From assembly GCA_018224345.1 (NCBI GenBank), contig JAGTUW010000033.1, positions 1 to 36,752 on the forward strand: a DNA stretch of 36,752 nucleotides. The letters are read 5' to 3'. The first letter of the stretch is position 1; each line of letters opens with the position of its first letter. The notes under the pieces are model-generated. The model was not told the origin of the DNA. It saw only the letters and a program-made list of their open reading frames with translations, and did not search any database. The position numbers and the translations under genes are program-made. Positions 1 to 8,321 of the stretch are shown in pieces. This stretch comes from Bacteroidota bacterium. Lineage in GTDB: Bacteria > Bacteroidota > Ignavibacteria > SZUA-365.

Positions 1-34
1 CTGCGGCCCCGCTGCGGCCCCGCTGCGGGGCGCC
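1..34. repeat. Short 11-bp tandem repeat (GCTGCGGCCCC, ~2.5 copies) ending in the hairpin GCCCCG-CTG-CGGGGC; truncated by the window edge
   Basis: The sequence reads ctgcggcccc gctgcggcccc gctgcggggcgcc and lies just 3' of the minus-strand 766-aa gene. Confidence 0.6.
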
Positions 35-55
35 ATTTCTGCCGGGGACTGTCTT

Positions 56-2356
56 TTATTCCCTGCCGAGACGGAGTTGAATAATGGCTTCCGCGGTCAG
101 AATGTAATCCGCCGCGGTGGCAAGCGAGGGGATGCCGCCATGCCAGTTTCCGGAGACGGGGTCGACCAGTTCAGGCAGCAGGCCGTTATGCCGCGATGCC
201 TCGCGCGTGACCGCGGCAAACAACGCCTCGGCGCGAAGGCCGTCGCCCGCAGCGGCATAGGCGCGGGCCAGACGCAGCGCAATCTGTGGACGCGCCTGAC
301 GCGACCGCCAGTCTCCACCGGGGTCGGAACGATACAGGTCCACCGTGTCAGTGATGGAAAACCCACTCTCTATCATGTCAAAAACGAATCGCGCATTCTC
401 ACTTGACGGATCAATCATACCGAGCCACAGAGCGTCGCAGAGCAGAGGATGAAAGACACCCAACTCGAGGGGAGAGAGTTCCTCGGCATGCTCCTTGCTG
501 CGCGCATCGCTGATCAATTCGAGCACCGCCAGGCGTGCACGTTCCGCGGCGTCGGCGTAGAGAAAAGACCTGGTAGCATCTCCGAGTACTGCGGCATGGT
601 CGGATGCGATCATAAGTGCGCGACCAGCGAACAGTGTGGCATGTACACCGGGATATCGGGACAATCCCTCGCCCCACGGACCATCGTCCTGCATGAGAAG
701 ACCGGCGTCATCAAGTCGGTACATCAGCACATCAGCGACACGCTTGCTCAACTGCGGGAAAAACGAGGCGACAAGGCTGCTGTCGGCGGTATGCGCATCA
801 TCTCCTTGGTGCCGCCGGCGTTGCTGTTTGCGCAGCGCTTCGACGGCAAGAATGTAACGCGCCATGCCCTCATAACGGAGAATGGCTTGATCCCGGTCCT
901 CCCAGCGCCACTCATTCGCCGAACCGTCATAGTATGACGGTGTGACCAGGTAAGGATGACCGACGCCGAATTCTTCACCATATACATCGTACAGCGTAAA
1001 TACACCGTGTTCCGCGCGGTGGATGAATTCAAGGGCTGCGGTGGCGGCATCTGTAAGTCCGCATTCCGCCAGGGCTTCGGCCGCGAGCAGATGCACTGCC
1101 GGTTCGCATATCGCATTACTGCCGGGTTGCAGGGCGGAGACGAGCTGACCTTTTCCCAACCCCTGTTCCTGCACCTGTAACTGCAGCAATGCGATTCGTG
1201 ATTGATGATAGACCTGACGCTCAGCGGGCGAGAGCAGATCTGGAAGATACTGTGCTTCGGAAAGACGAAGACGCCATGCTGCGATTTCAGCTTCCAGCGC
1301 GTAGGCGTCTTCCCCGGCCGCAAGAAATTCTTCCATATCACGATCGACCAGTTCCGTACAGCAGGAATGATAGGCCAGAATATGATACGTGCTGCGCTGG
1401 CCATTTGCCTCGTTGCTGAATTCCTCATAGCGCCAATACGGCAGGTCCATAACAAAATGCAGTCCCGACCGTGTCGTGGCATTCTCAGGCTGCCGGACGG
1501 CGACAACCAGGATGCGGGCCTCTGTCGAAAGCGGGTGATACCAGTATGCGGCGACATCACCGTCACGCGCATGCAGTACCCCGGTGCCATCGAGATAATG
1601 CACTGTGTCGGGACGCAAAGCGCGCTCCTCCACGCCGTCATCGAGCATGACGACAAGATCGGAGAGCACCGTCCCGGTACGCAATTCAGCGGACAGCCGG
1701 TCATACAACCTCGGGCGGCACCAGTTCAATATGGCGCTGTCTGGTTGCCAGGCCGATGCCATCACACCGTTGGATATGAACATCGGGGGCGTCAGAGGCG
1801 GAGCGTCCACTATCTCATCGAGCACGCGGTGCATGGAGTCGGGACGAATAATCCGGATGATATTGCCCGTCATACCACCAGCATTCCCGGCATCATAGAC
1901 CCGGATCGCGAGCAGATTGTGTTCCTCACGCAGAAAACGCGGCAGGGGATAGACACGCAGAGATTGCATTTCGGAGCGGAAGTCAGGCGGAAAACTGCCG
2001 GTTTTTCCCACCATTACTCCATTGAGAAAGGTTTCGTCAGCATCGTCGATACCGCTGATGACAAGGAGAAGCGAATCGTTACGGAGTTCCGCGGGAATAC
2101 GAAAGCGTATGCGATACCATGCGAAGCCATCGAGCAGGGGAAAGCCGTTCTGCTCCCATGCACCCGGTATGGTCACGAAATTCCAATGTTCCCGTTCGTC
2201 GATGTACTTGCTGCGCCAGACATCGTCGTCGCCGGGACGAAATGCGGCAATGCCGCGAAGATCGATGGACGTGCTGTCCTGTCCCGCAGCCGAAAAGATA
2301 ACACCAGCGATAAGAACAAAGAGGGAAGACAGCGTCCGTGTGAGAATGTGTTTCAT
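56..2356 (-). CDS. Secreted protein with an N-terminal galactose-binding-like jelly-roll (GH2-N/sialate O-acetylesterase type) and a C-terminal GH15-like (alpha/alpha)6 domain
   Basis: 766-aa ORF with a signal peptide (MKHILTRTLSSLFVLIAGVIFSAAG). Jelly-roll motifs: PGAWEQNG..DGFAWYR, GIDDADETFLNG..VG, NLLAIRVYD.G..GG. The C-terminal GLLPELVDPVSG...P...AADYIL resembles the end of GH15 enzymes. Confidence 0.7.
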   Translation of the reverse strand: MKHILTRTLSSLFVLIAGVIFSAAGQDSTSIDLRGIAAFRPGDDDVWRSKYIDEREHWNFVTIPGAWEQNGFPLLDGFAWYRIRFRIPAELRNDSLLLVISGIDDADETFLNGVMVGKTGSFPPDFRSEMQSLRVYPLPRFLREEHNLLAIRVYDAGNAGGMTGNIIRIIRPDSMHRVLDEIVDAPPLTPPMFISNGVMASAWQPDSAILNWCRPRLYDRLSAELRTGTVLSDLVVMLDDGVEERALRPDTVHYLDGTGVLHARDGDVAAYWYHPLSTEARILVVAVRQPENATTRSGLHFVMDLPYWRYEEFSNEANGQRSTYHILAYHSCCTELVDRDMEEFLAAGEDAYALEAEIAAWRLRLSEAQYLPDLLSPAERQVYHQSRIALLQLQVQEQGLGKGQLVSALQPGSNAICEPAVHLLAAEALAECGLTDAATAALEFIHRAEHGVFTLYDVYGEEFGVGHPYLVTPSYYDGSANEWRWEDRDQAILRYEGMARYILAVEALRKQQRRRHQGDDAHTADSSLVASFFPQLSKRVADVLMYRLDDAGLLMQDDGPWGEGLSRYPGVHATLFAGRALMIASDHAAVLGDATRSFLYADAAERARLAVLELISDARSKEHAEELSPLELGVFHPLLCDALWLGMIDPSSENARFVFDMIESGFSITDTVDLYRSDPGGDWRSRQARPQIALRLARAYAAAGDGLRAEALFAAVTREASRHNGLLPELVDPVSGNWHGGIPSLATAADYILTAEAIIQLRLGRE

Positions 2357-2357
2357 G

Positions 2358-3194
2358 TCACATCCGTCGCAGAAAGGAATGAAGCAGGAGCTGCAGCCGC
2401 TCCGAAGTGCGGTTCGCGATCTGCGTCACTTCCTCGTGCGTTACCTGTTGTGGAACAGTGCGGGCCACATTCGTTATGCATGAAAGCGCGAGCACCGGTA
2501 ACGCGGATCTGATCGCGGTCAGGATTTCGGGAGCGGTGGACATCCCGACCGCCTGCGCACCTGCGAGGCGAAAAAAAGAGATTTCGGCGCGGGTTTCGTA
2601 CGTGGGTCCGGAACAGTATCCGTACGTCCCCTCCCGCAACATGACACGGGCCTCGGACGCCGCATCACGCATCCGTGCAAGCAATGCCTGGTCGAACAGT
2701 GGACGCGGCAGAGCGGGGGCGGACGAGGTGGCTGACGCGAGGGCGCGTCCCATCCAGCGAGCCGCTGGAAGAACAAGAAGGTCGGTGATCAGCATGAGAT
2801 CACCGGCGGAGAACGAGGGATCGAGACCGCCCGCGGCATTCGTCACCAGCAGCAGCCGTGCGTGGCAGGCGGCTGCGATGGATGCAGGCAACACCGTCTC
2901 CGCGTGTCCATGGCCTTCATAACCATGGACCCGACCCTCGAAGAGCAGCAAACGCAGTCCGTGCGACCGGGCCAGCAGCAGTCGCCCGGGGTGTCCCGGA
3001 ACCGTGCTCCGCGGATATCCGGGGAGTTCGTCGGCAGAAATAACTGCGATAATGTCAACCGAGTCAGCGAAAACGCCGAGTCCGGAACCGAGTATCACAG
3101 CTACATCTACCGGACCGCCGATCAACGTGCGGATAGCCGAGAGGAGTTCCGCGGACAGATATGGAGGGGCTGCATGTCTGGCCGGGCTGATCAT
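2358..3194 (-). CDS. punA: Purine-nucleoside phosphorylase (trimeric PNP I type)
   Basis: Motifs VILGSGLG, GRVHGYEG, TNAAGG, GPTYET.AE, VGMSTAPE, SCITN and HEEV. Confidence 0.93.
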   Translation of the reverse strand: MISPARHAAPPYLSAELLSAIRTLIGGPVDVAVILGSGLGVFADSVDIIAVISADELPGYPRSTVPGHPGRLLLARSHGLRLLLFEGRVHGYEGHGHAETVLPASIAAACHARLLLVTNAAGGLDPSFSAGDLMLITDLLVLPAARWMGRALASATSSAPALPRPLFDQALLARMRDAASEARVMLREGTYGYCSGPTYETRAEISFFRLAGAQAVGMSTAPEILTAIRSALPVLALSCITNVARTVPQQVTHEEVTQIANRTSERLQLLLHSFLRRM

Positions 3195-3385
3195 GAAATG
3201 ACAATCACTCCCGCGATGGTCGCTGTTATCCTGACCTCGTCTGTCCTGATGGGCGATACGGGCAGGCCGTTATGTAAAATATTCCTGCAGTGATCAGGAG
3301 CAAGCGGTCCGATACTCCACATCGCTATTGCGATATAAGCACAATTGGCAGGGCCGCACACTGTGGATGTCGTTGTGGTCGTCAC
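3191..3385 (-). CDS. Small hypothetical protein (64 aa), translationally coupled on both sides
   Basis: Its GTG start overlaps the tdk stop (GTGA) and its stop overlaps the punA start (ATGA), so it exactly fills the gap. No recognisable motif. Confidence 0.45.
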   Translation of the reverse strand: MTTTTTSTVCGPANCAYIAIAMWSIGPLAPDHCRNILHNGLPVSPIRTDEVRITATIAGVIVIS

Positions 3386-3984
3386 GGTTTTTCCGTTCTC
3401 CGGACTTCGTCAAGGTTGGTAGTCCAGCAATTGCGGCAACGGGCCTCATAGGTATCTTCCGCGCCGACAAGCACACGTTCCTCGCGACGCGCGATACGTT
3501 GCGTCCGGTTGGCGGGGTTTCCGCAGACCATGCAGATCGCCAGTGTCTTGGTGATGTATTCCGCAACGGCCAGCAACTGCGGCATTGGTTCGAAGGGTTG
3601 CCCCAGGTAATCCTGGTCGAGCCCTGCGACAATGATACGGTGTCCCCGGTCGGCCAGGTCCTCACAGATCCTGATGAGCCCGATATCATAAAACTGTGCT
3701 TCATCGATACCGATAACATCGACACCACCGACGTTATCGAGTATCTGACTCGTGTGTGACACGGTAATGGAGGGAAGGGAAACACCGCTGTGTGAGACGA
3801 TACGGTTATCGGAATAGCGCGTGTCGATCAGGGGCTTGAATATCGCTACACGCTGCCTCGCGATCTGAGCGCGCCGCAGCCGGCGAATAAGTTCTTCCGT
3901 TTTGCCGCTGAACATACTGCCACAAATGACTTCAATCCAGCCGGTGGCATCGGGGAGATTTTTTACCGGAATGTGATCAACCAT
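3382..3984 (-). CDS. tdk: Thymidine kinase (type II, TK1-like)
   Basis: [19 protein letters not shown]-loop, IDEAQF, AGLDQD, and Zn ligands CMVC...CRNC. The ATG at 3984 (MVDHIP) was chosen over the ORF-track start at 3999. Confidence 0.95.
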   Translation of the reverse strand: MVDHIPVKNLPDATGWIEVICGSMFSGKTEELIRRLRRAQIARQRVAIFKPLIDTRYSDNRIVSHSGVSLPSITVSHTSQILDNVGGVDVIGIDEAQFYDIGLIRICEDLADRGHRIIVAGLDQDYLGQPFEPMPQLLAVAEYITKTLAICMVCGNPANRTQRIARREERVLVGAEDTYEARCRNCWTTNLDEVRRTEKP

Positions 3985-4048
3985 ACTGATACCGATCAAT
4001 GTTGTCGAACGTCAACGCCTGCCGGTCGAGGCAGATTCGCGAGCCTGT

Positions 4049-4162
4049 GTCACTTGTGTTGTGCTGGCCGTCACTTGTGTTGTGCTGGCCGTCACTTGTG
4101 TTGTGCTGGCCGTCACTTGTGTTGTGCTGGCCGTCACTTGTGTTGTGCTGGCCGTCACTTGT
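4049..4162. repeat. Perfect 21-bp tandem repeat GTCACTTGTGTTGTGCTGGCC, 5 copies plus a 9-bp partial copy
   Basis: Units start at 4049, 4070, 4091, 4112 and 4133, with a partial at 4154. There are no spacers. The array is intergenic between the divergent tdk and kinase genes. Confidence 0.95.
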
Positions 4163-4263
4163 CAGAGGCGCAGTGACGTATTGGCGGAAAAGTACGGGGA
4201 TTTTCTCTGTGAAAGAAATTTCGATCCAGGCAGGCGAGACAACAATGCACCGGAGAACGTACG

Positions 4264-4282
4264 GTGTCAGGGAAACTGACAC
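4264..4282. promoter_or_regulatory. Inverted repeat GTGTCAG-N5-CTGACAC (candidate operator or hairpin)
   Basis: Perfect 7-5-7 palindrome in the divergent promoter region. Confidence 0.35.
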
Positions 4283-4292
4283 TGCAAAAATC

Positions 4293-4322
4293 AATATATG
4301 ACCGATCTTGATGCGCATGCAA
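4293..4322 (-). promoter_or_regulatory. Candidate sigma70 promoter for the tdk operon
   Basis: Minus strand reads TTGCAT-N18-TATATT. Confidence 0.35.
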
Positions 4323-4361
4323 AGTATTCGGATATTGCCATAGCACATTTTTGCATCCATC

Positions 4362-7160
4362 GTGAGCCAGACCCCATTGCAAATTCGTATCAGTCTGAGC
4401 GTTCTGCTGCTTCTGTTTATGATCTCTCCACCATTGCAAGGAGAGTCTGAAGGTCCATTTGTACAACAACTGAACGCGGCAAGGGAGTCGATGCGGCAGA
4501 ATGCTGATTCCGCAGTGGTACTGGCGCGCCGGGCCCTGCGTATGGCCGACAATGACGAGGACCGTGCCAATGCACGGGAAATGTACGCACAGGCTCTGTG
4601 GCAGACGGGTGATTTCACCGCTGCACAGGTGGAATATGGCATCCTTCTGGGATACGCTGTCGAACAGGGCGATGCACAGCTTCGCGGGCGCGTGCTCAAC
4701 GGTATAGGCGGTATCGAACGATTGTTCGAGAATTACGATCTTTCCATCACACACCATGCCGAGGCCTACCGGTTATTCGATTCCCTTGGCAATCAGCTCG
4801 GAGCGGCACAGGCGATGCATGATCTCGGTGTGACACTGCATGTTATGGACCGTGGCGAGGAGGCGATGGAGATTCATCGCCGTGCCCTGGAATTGCGGAA
4901 AGAGGAGGGCAATAAACCCGGGATCGCCGAATCACATAACAGTATCGGTACGCTGTATCGTCATGCCGGCAACATCGATTCGGCTCTCTATCACTACCGC
5001 GAGGCACTGGCATTGCGCAAGCAATTCGGTGTGCTCAGCCTGGATGTGGCAGCGACGGTCAATAATATCGGGAATGTCTATCGCAGCGCGGGTGATCCGG
5101 CTCGTGCGCTGGAGTTTTACCGGGAGTCACTGAATATCTCCCGGAGTCTCGGATCCGACGGCATGATTGCAGTGACTCTGAAAAACATGGGGGCGGCATT
5201 CGGCCTGCTTCGGGATTTCCCAAGCGCGCGCGAAGTGCTTGATGAGGCGTTGTCGCTGGCCAAACGCATCCGCTTCGGCCGTGTATTGACCGAAGCCCTC
5301 GAAGAGAGGTCTCGCATTGAAGAATCCGCCGGGCGCCCCATCGAGGCGCTCGCCTACCTGCGACAGCTTCAGTCGGCGAGGGATTCGCTTTCCCGCATGG
5401 TCAACGACGCACGCCTGCGACAGGCGGAGACAAGGCTCTCGGAGATAAAAGAGAAACTCGAATTGGAGAAAGCCGGTGAGCGTGGCGGGGATTTCCTCGT
5501 CTTTCTGATCGTCATCATCGCTCTGCTCATCGTCATCGTCGTCATCGCGCTTTCCGCGTTGCGTATGCGCGGACGCGGCAACCGGGCGCTTTCGGAAAAG
5601 AATGCGGAAATCAGAAAAATCAATGCAGAACTTCAACGGCTCAACGCAGACCTGGCGCGTTCGGAAGAAAAATACCGTCTGCTTTTTGAACGCTTGCCCG
5701 TGGGAGTATTTCTCTATGACGGGAATCTGCGCATGCTTCAGGTCAACAATGCTTTTGCCGATATTATCGGAAGTCCGCGAACAGCACTTGAGGATTTCGA
5801 CCTCTCCATGCTCCGTGATCGCCGCATCCTGCCCGCACTCCAGGCTGCATTCAACGGTAACGGGGGCGCGTATGAAGGCGAGTATCGCGCATTGACAAAT
5901 GAAAATATCCTGCAGATATCATTGCGAACCGCACCCGTGCAATACCGCGATATGCCGCTCGCCTGTGGGATCGGCTTTGTGCTCGATATATCGAACTGGA
6001 AACGCGTCGAAGCTGACCTGATCGAATCACGTGAAATCGCAGTTCACGCCGACCGCCTGAAAAACGCCTTTCTGACAAATATTTCCCATGAAATCCGTAC
6101 ACCACTGAACATCATCATGGGGTATTTCGGTATCCTGCATCAGGATCTGCGCGAACGCATCAGCGAGGAAGAGGAAGAGTATTTCAGAAAAGTAGAGTTC
6201 GCTGTCCGTCGTCTGCTGCGGACTGTGGATCAGATACTGTCCCTCTCGATTCTTGAGTCGGGAAGCTACACAATTAATCCCGAACAGTGTACCCTGCATC
6301 AACTCGTAAAGGAACTGTATGAGGAAATTGCACCCCTCGCTTCCGACAAGGGAGTGGCCGTCCATTTCGAGAGCACGTGCAGGGAAGCTTATATATATAT
6401 TGACAAATACTCCGTTAGCCAGGCCTTGCGTAATCTCCTTGACAACGCCGTCAAGTTCACCGATGAAGGAGTCATCGATCTGGCACTCGATTGCAATGAC
6501 TCGTTTCTCTCCTTCATCCTGCGCGACACCGGTATCGGGATGTCCGAGGAGTATGTCCGTCGCCTCTACGACGCATTCTCGCAGGAGGACGACGGGTATG
6601 CGCGATCTTATGAAGGGCTGGGTCTCGGCCTGCGCCTGACCAAACGCTATCTTGACGTGAACAAAGGAAGTATACAGGTGGAGAGCAGGAAAGGTGAAGG
6701 CACGACGTTTACCGTGACCTTTCCGGTAACACACCATTTCCCGCGTTCCGAAGACACTGCTCCCGAGCAGGAGAGCCCCACGGTGACACTGGATCGTCGG
6801 TACACACTGTTGATAGTCGAAGACGATCACGAGACTCAGAAATTTCTGCAACTGATTCTCGCCGGCAGCTTCGATCTCTATTTCTCTGAATCAGCCGAGG
6901 ATGCCTGGCGTGAACTGCATCAGAACCAGGTGGATCTCGTACTGATGGATATCTCGTTGCGTGGCGACGAGGATGGTCTGCAACTGACCGGACGCATAAG
7001 AGAACACCCGCAATTCCGGGATCTCCCCATTATCGCTGTGACGGCACATGCCTTTGCCGATGATCGCCGCCGTAGCCTCGAAGCCGGATGCAACGAGTAT
7101 CTCCCGAAGCCCTTCCGGGTTCATCAGCTTCGGGAACTCGTCGCACGTTTCCTGCACTGA
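4362..7160 (+). CDS. Hybrid sensor histidine kinase (extracytoplasmic TPR repeats, TM, PAS, HisKA, HATPase_c, REC)
   Basis: N-terminal hydrophobic segment; TPR-like repeats (LNGIG, HNSIGTLY, VNNIGNVY, LKNMG); TM FLVFLIVIIALLIVIVVIAL; SEEKYRLLFE PAS start; H-box ISHEIRTPL; NLLDNAVKFT, DTGIGM and GLGLGL; receiver LIVEDD, LMDISL and KPF. GTG start. Confidence 0.92.
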   Translation: MSQTPLQIRISLSVLLLLFMISPPLQGESEGPFVQQLNAARESMRQNADSAVVLARRALRMADNDEDRANAREMYAQALWQTGDFTAAQVEYGILLGYAVEQGDAQLRGRVLNGIGGIERLFENYDLSITHHAEAYRLFDSLGNQLGAAQAMHDLGVTLHVMDRGEEAMEIHRRALELRKEEGNKPGIAESHNSIGTLYRHAGNIDSALYHYREALALRKQFGVLSLDVAATVNNIGNVYRSAGDPARALEFYRESLNISRSLGSDGMIAVTLKNMGAAFGLLRDFPSAREVLDEALSLAKRIRFGRVLTEALEERSRIEESAGRPIEALAYLRQLQSARDSLSRMVNDARLRQAETRLSEIKEKLELEKAGERGGDFLVFLIVIIALLIVIVVIALSALRMRGRGNRALSEKNAEIRKINAELQRLNADLARSEEKYRLLFERLPVGVFLYDGNLRMLQVNNAFADIIGSPRTALEDFDLSMLRDRRILPALQAAFNGNGGAYEGEYRALTNENILQISLRTAPVQYRDMPLACGIGFVLDISNWKRVEADLIESREIAVHADRLKNAFLTNISHEIRTPLNIIMGYFGILHQDLRERISEEEEEYFRKVEFAVRRLLRTVDQILSLSILESGSYTINPEQCTLHQLVKELYEEIAPLASDKGVAVHFESTCREAYIYIDKYSVSQALRNLLDNAVKFTDEGVIDLALDCNDSFLSFILRDTGIGMSEEYVRRLYDAFSQEDDGYARSYEGLGLGLRLTKRYLDVNKGSIQVESRKGEGTTFTVTFPVTHHFPRSEDTAPEQESPTVTLDRRYTLLIVEDDHETQKFLQLILAGSFDLYFSESAEDAWRELHQNQVDLVLMDISLRGDEDGLQLTGRIREHPQFRDLPIIAVTAHAFADDRRRSLEAGCNEYLPKPFRVHQLRELVARFLH

Positions 7161-7326
7161 GGATATCCCGGGCACAGATGCCCCCCTGTCCTGACCATAG
7201 CTGCGGGCAGTGCCCCTTCGCTCAGCAAATGGTGGCGATGGAAAAAGCAGGGGAATCGATTTTGATCTTTTTCGTTTTTTGCATTCTATAAGGAAATCCG
7301 TGTCCACAAATCGTATTAGGTGATCG

Positions 7327-8301
7327 ATGGATGGTACGAATATAGACAGGAGAACATTCCTTCAACGCAGTGGCAAGGCGATAGGGTTTTCCGCCGTCGC
7401 GATCGCTGGGGGCGTATTGCTTCACGAGCCGGTGCGGCAGCCGTTCCATCGTGAAGCCGAACAAGTGATACAGCGTGATCTGCGCATACCCGGTATGACC
7501 GGCCGGCTTGTCACGGTGCGCGGGGACGACCCGGCACGCATGACGGCCGCGGCCCTCGCCTCTCTCGGTGGAATTTCTACATTTATTTCGGAAGGGGATG
7601 TTGTCGTCGTCAAACCGAATGTGGGGTGGGACCGCAGGCCGGAACAGGCGGCGAACACCAATCCCGACGTTGTCGGGGAGGTGGTACGGCAATGCGTCGA
7701 AGCCGGCGCAGCGCGTGTGCTCGTCACCGATGTGACCTGCAACGATGCGACCCGTTGTTTCAATCGCAGCGGTATCGCCGCCGCGGCCCGTGAAGCCGGT
7801 GCGGATGTGGAACTCGCACGCGATGCACATTTCAGGGAAGTGAATATGGGCGGTGCGATGCTTGGTACACAGCTTGTGTACGATGCTTACCTCGAGGCGG
7901 ATAAATGTATCAATATCCCGATCGCCAAGCATCATGGGCTGACCCGCGTGACACTCGGCATGAAAAATCTCTATGGCATCATCGGTGGCAATCGCGCCCG
8001 CCTCCATCAGGATATTAACAACAGTATTGCGGATCTCGGGAATTTTCTGCAACCGACGCTCGTGATTGTCGATGCCTGGCGTATATTGCTGCGGAATGGA
8101 CCACAGGGCGGGAGCCTTGCCGACGTCGAGGAGCGACGCATGCTCGTTGCATCCACCGATCAGGTGGCAATTGATGCCTGGGCGGGTGAGGAGTTTTTCG
8201 GCCTGCGTGCAGAAGAAATGGGCTGGCTGGGTCTGGCCGAGGCACGTGGCCTGGGTACGGCGGATTACGCCAGCCTGCCGTTTGAAGAGCTGACAGTCTG
8301 A
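7327..8301 (+). CDS. DUF362 domain protein with a twin-arginine (Tat) signal
   Basis: Tat motif IDRRTFLQ followed by a hydrophobic stretch. DUF362 motifs GDVVVVKPN, ANTNPDVV, INIPIAKHH...TLGMKNLYG, IVDA and STDQVAID. Confidence 0.85.
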   Translation: MDGTNIDRRTFLQRSGKAIGFSAVAIAGGVLLHEPVRQPFHREAEQVIQRDLRIPGMTGRLVTVRGDDPARMTAAALASLGGISTFISEGDVVVVKPNVGWDRRPEQAANTNPDVVGEVVRQCVEAGAARVLVTDVTCNDATRCFNRSGIAAAAREAGADVELARDAHFREVNMGGAMLGTQLVYDAYLEADKCINIPIAKHHGLTRVTLGMKNLYGIIGGNRARLHQDINNSIADLGNFLQPTLVIVDAWRILLRNGPQGGSLADVEERRMLVASTDQVAIDAWAGEEFFGLRAEEMGWLGLAEARGLGTADYASLPFEELTV

Positions 8302-8321
8302 TCGCAAAGAGAGTATTCCGT

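Noticed and set aside
748-2512. 318-aa alternate-frame and 436-aa antisense ORFs over the 766-aa gene
   Set aside because: Shadow frames with Arg/Cys-rich or uninformative composition. The 766-aa frame has the signal peptide and family motifs.
4049-4162. Possible CRISPR array
   Set aside because: The units are head-to-tail with no unique spacers, and there are no cas genes in the window.
3973-4757. Repeat-containing ORFs (RHLCCAG, SLVLCWP, AVTCVVL, TSDGQHN repeats)
   Set aside because: They stay open only because a stop-free 21-bp unit is a multiple of three. They lack an RBS and several overlap real genes.
7225-7295. Sigma54 or sigma70 promoter upstream of the DUF362 gene
   Set aside because: The GG-to-GC spacing is 11 rather than 10, and TTGATC-TATAAG are 19 nt apart, so it is too weak to call.
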